A stretch of DNA of 63,705 bases, filler included, from Squatina squatina (taxonomy: Eukaryota), in the NCBI GenBank assembly GCA_031763465.1. It is 4 parts of 4 records of this genome, joined end to end, with 100 filler letters (N's around TTAATTAATTAA, not from the genome) between each part and the next. Parts side by side here need not be neighbours in the genome. Positions count along the whole stretch, not along the records: positions 51,650 to 63,705 come from JARFOE010000019.1; 3 more parts are not named here. One strand, 5' to 3'. A program made the translations under genes and the position numbers. The notes beneath the pieces were generated by a model, which had not been told where the DNA came from, did no database searches, and was given only the letters and a program-made list of their open reading frames with translations. This document shows positions 63,205 to 63,705 of this stretch, in pieces (position 1 is the first letter of the stretch; each line of letters starts with the position of its first letter).

Positions 63205-63210
63205 AGCCAG

Positions 63211-63246
<36 letters not shown>

Positions 63247-63630
63247 AAGTTGTGGGTCCAGGTCCCACTCCATGAAACTTAAACACAAAAATCTAGGCTT
63301 ACAGCTTGGAGTGCTGCACTGTTGGAGGTGATGTCTTTTGGATGAGACTGCTCTCTCAGGTGGATGTAAAAGATCTCATGGCACTATTTCGAAGAAGAGC
63401 AGGGAAGTTATACCCAGTGCCCTAGCCAATATTTATCCCTCAATCAACACCAATAAAAAACAGATCATCTGCTCTTTATCAAATTGCTGTTTGTGGGAGC
63501 TTGCTGTGCGCAAATTGGTTGACGCGTTTCCCGCATTACAACAGTGACTACACTCCAAAAGTACTTCATTGGCTGTAAAGCGCTTTGAGATGTCTGGCAG
63601 TCGTGATAGGCACTATATAAATTCAAGTCA
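63205..63630 (+). mobile_element. DeuSINE (SacSINE1-like), near full length
   Basis: tRNA-derived head (tggctcagtggg A box, degenerate B box), Deu domain (ctctcaggtggatgtaaaagatctcatggcactatttcgaagaagagcaggg) and L2-like tail (ggcactatataaat). Confidence 0.85.
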
Positions 63631-63639
63631 ATTCAAGTC

Positions 63640-63705
63640 AATAGTGTCTTTCATGACCTCAGGACACCCCAAAGCGCTTTACATCCAATGAAGTACTTTT
63701 TGAAG
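63640..63705 (-). mobile_element. 3' tail of a second, inverted DeuSINE copy
   Basis: aaagcgctttacatccaatgaagtactttt is the reverse complement of 63557-63586 (29/30). Confidence 0.8.

Noticed and set aside
63205-63275. tRNA genes at SINE heads (also about 10783, 16805, 27105, 54910)
   Set aside because: They have A/B-box-like motifs but degenerate stems, and each continues into a SINE body.
1-63705. A novel multi-gene system linking CYP2, CCNY, RALGPS2, CREM and TENM4
   Set aside because: The genes sit in separately concatenated blocks or gap-bounded contigs, so their proximity is largely an assembly product.

Overview
This window is eukaryotic, not prokaryotic. It is AT-rich vertebrate genomic DNA, most likely from a cartilaginous fish (inferred from the repeat families), taken from a highly gapped assembly. 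Three identical artificial spacers (44 N + TTAATTAATTAA + 44 N at 16208-16307, 37925-38024 and 51550-51649) split it into four separate blocks. Block A (1-16207) holds the last three coding exons of a CYP2-family cytochrome P450 (- strand) among CR1, L2, Tx1 and Harbinger debris. Block B (16308-37924) holds cyclin Y (CCNY) exon 1 plus two internal exons and a CREB-family bZIP exon, probably CREM (all - strand), with an unexpected lone RALGPS2-like exon on the + strand between them. Block C (38025-51549) holds four in-phase teneurin-4 (TENM4) exons (- strand), an I/Nimb-like RT fragment and a minisatellite. Block D (51650-63705) has no recognisable exon, only SINEs, LINE ends and TIR elements. 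Most ORF-track entries are spurious (N runs, antisense or repeat frames). I found no CRISPR, rRNA, intact tRNA or operon-like system, and no convincing new biological system. The most useful leads are the assembly structure, the misplaced RALGPS2 exon, the TENM4 cassette exon and several ancient or unusual transposon families. All gene and repeat-family names come from recalled sequences and were not checked by a database search.
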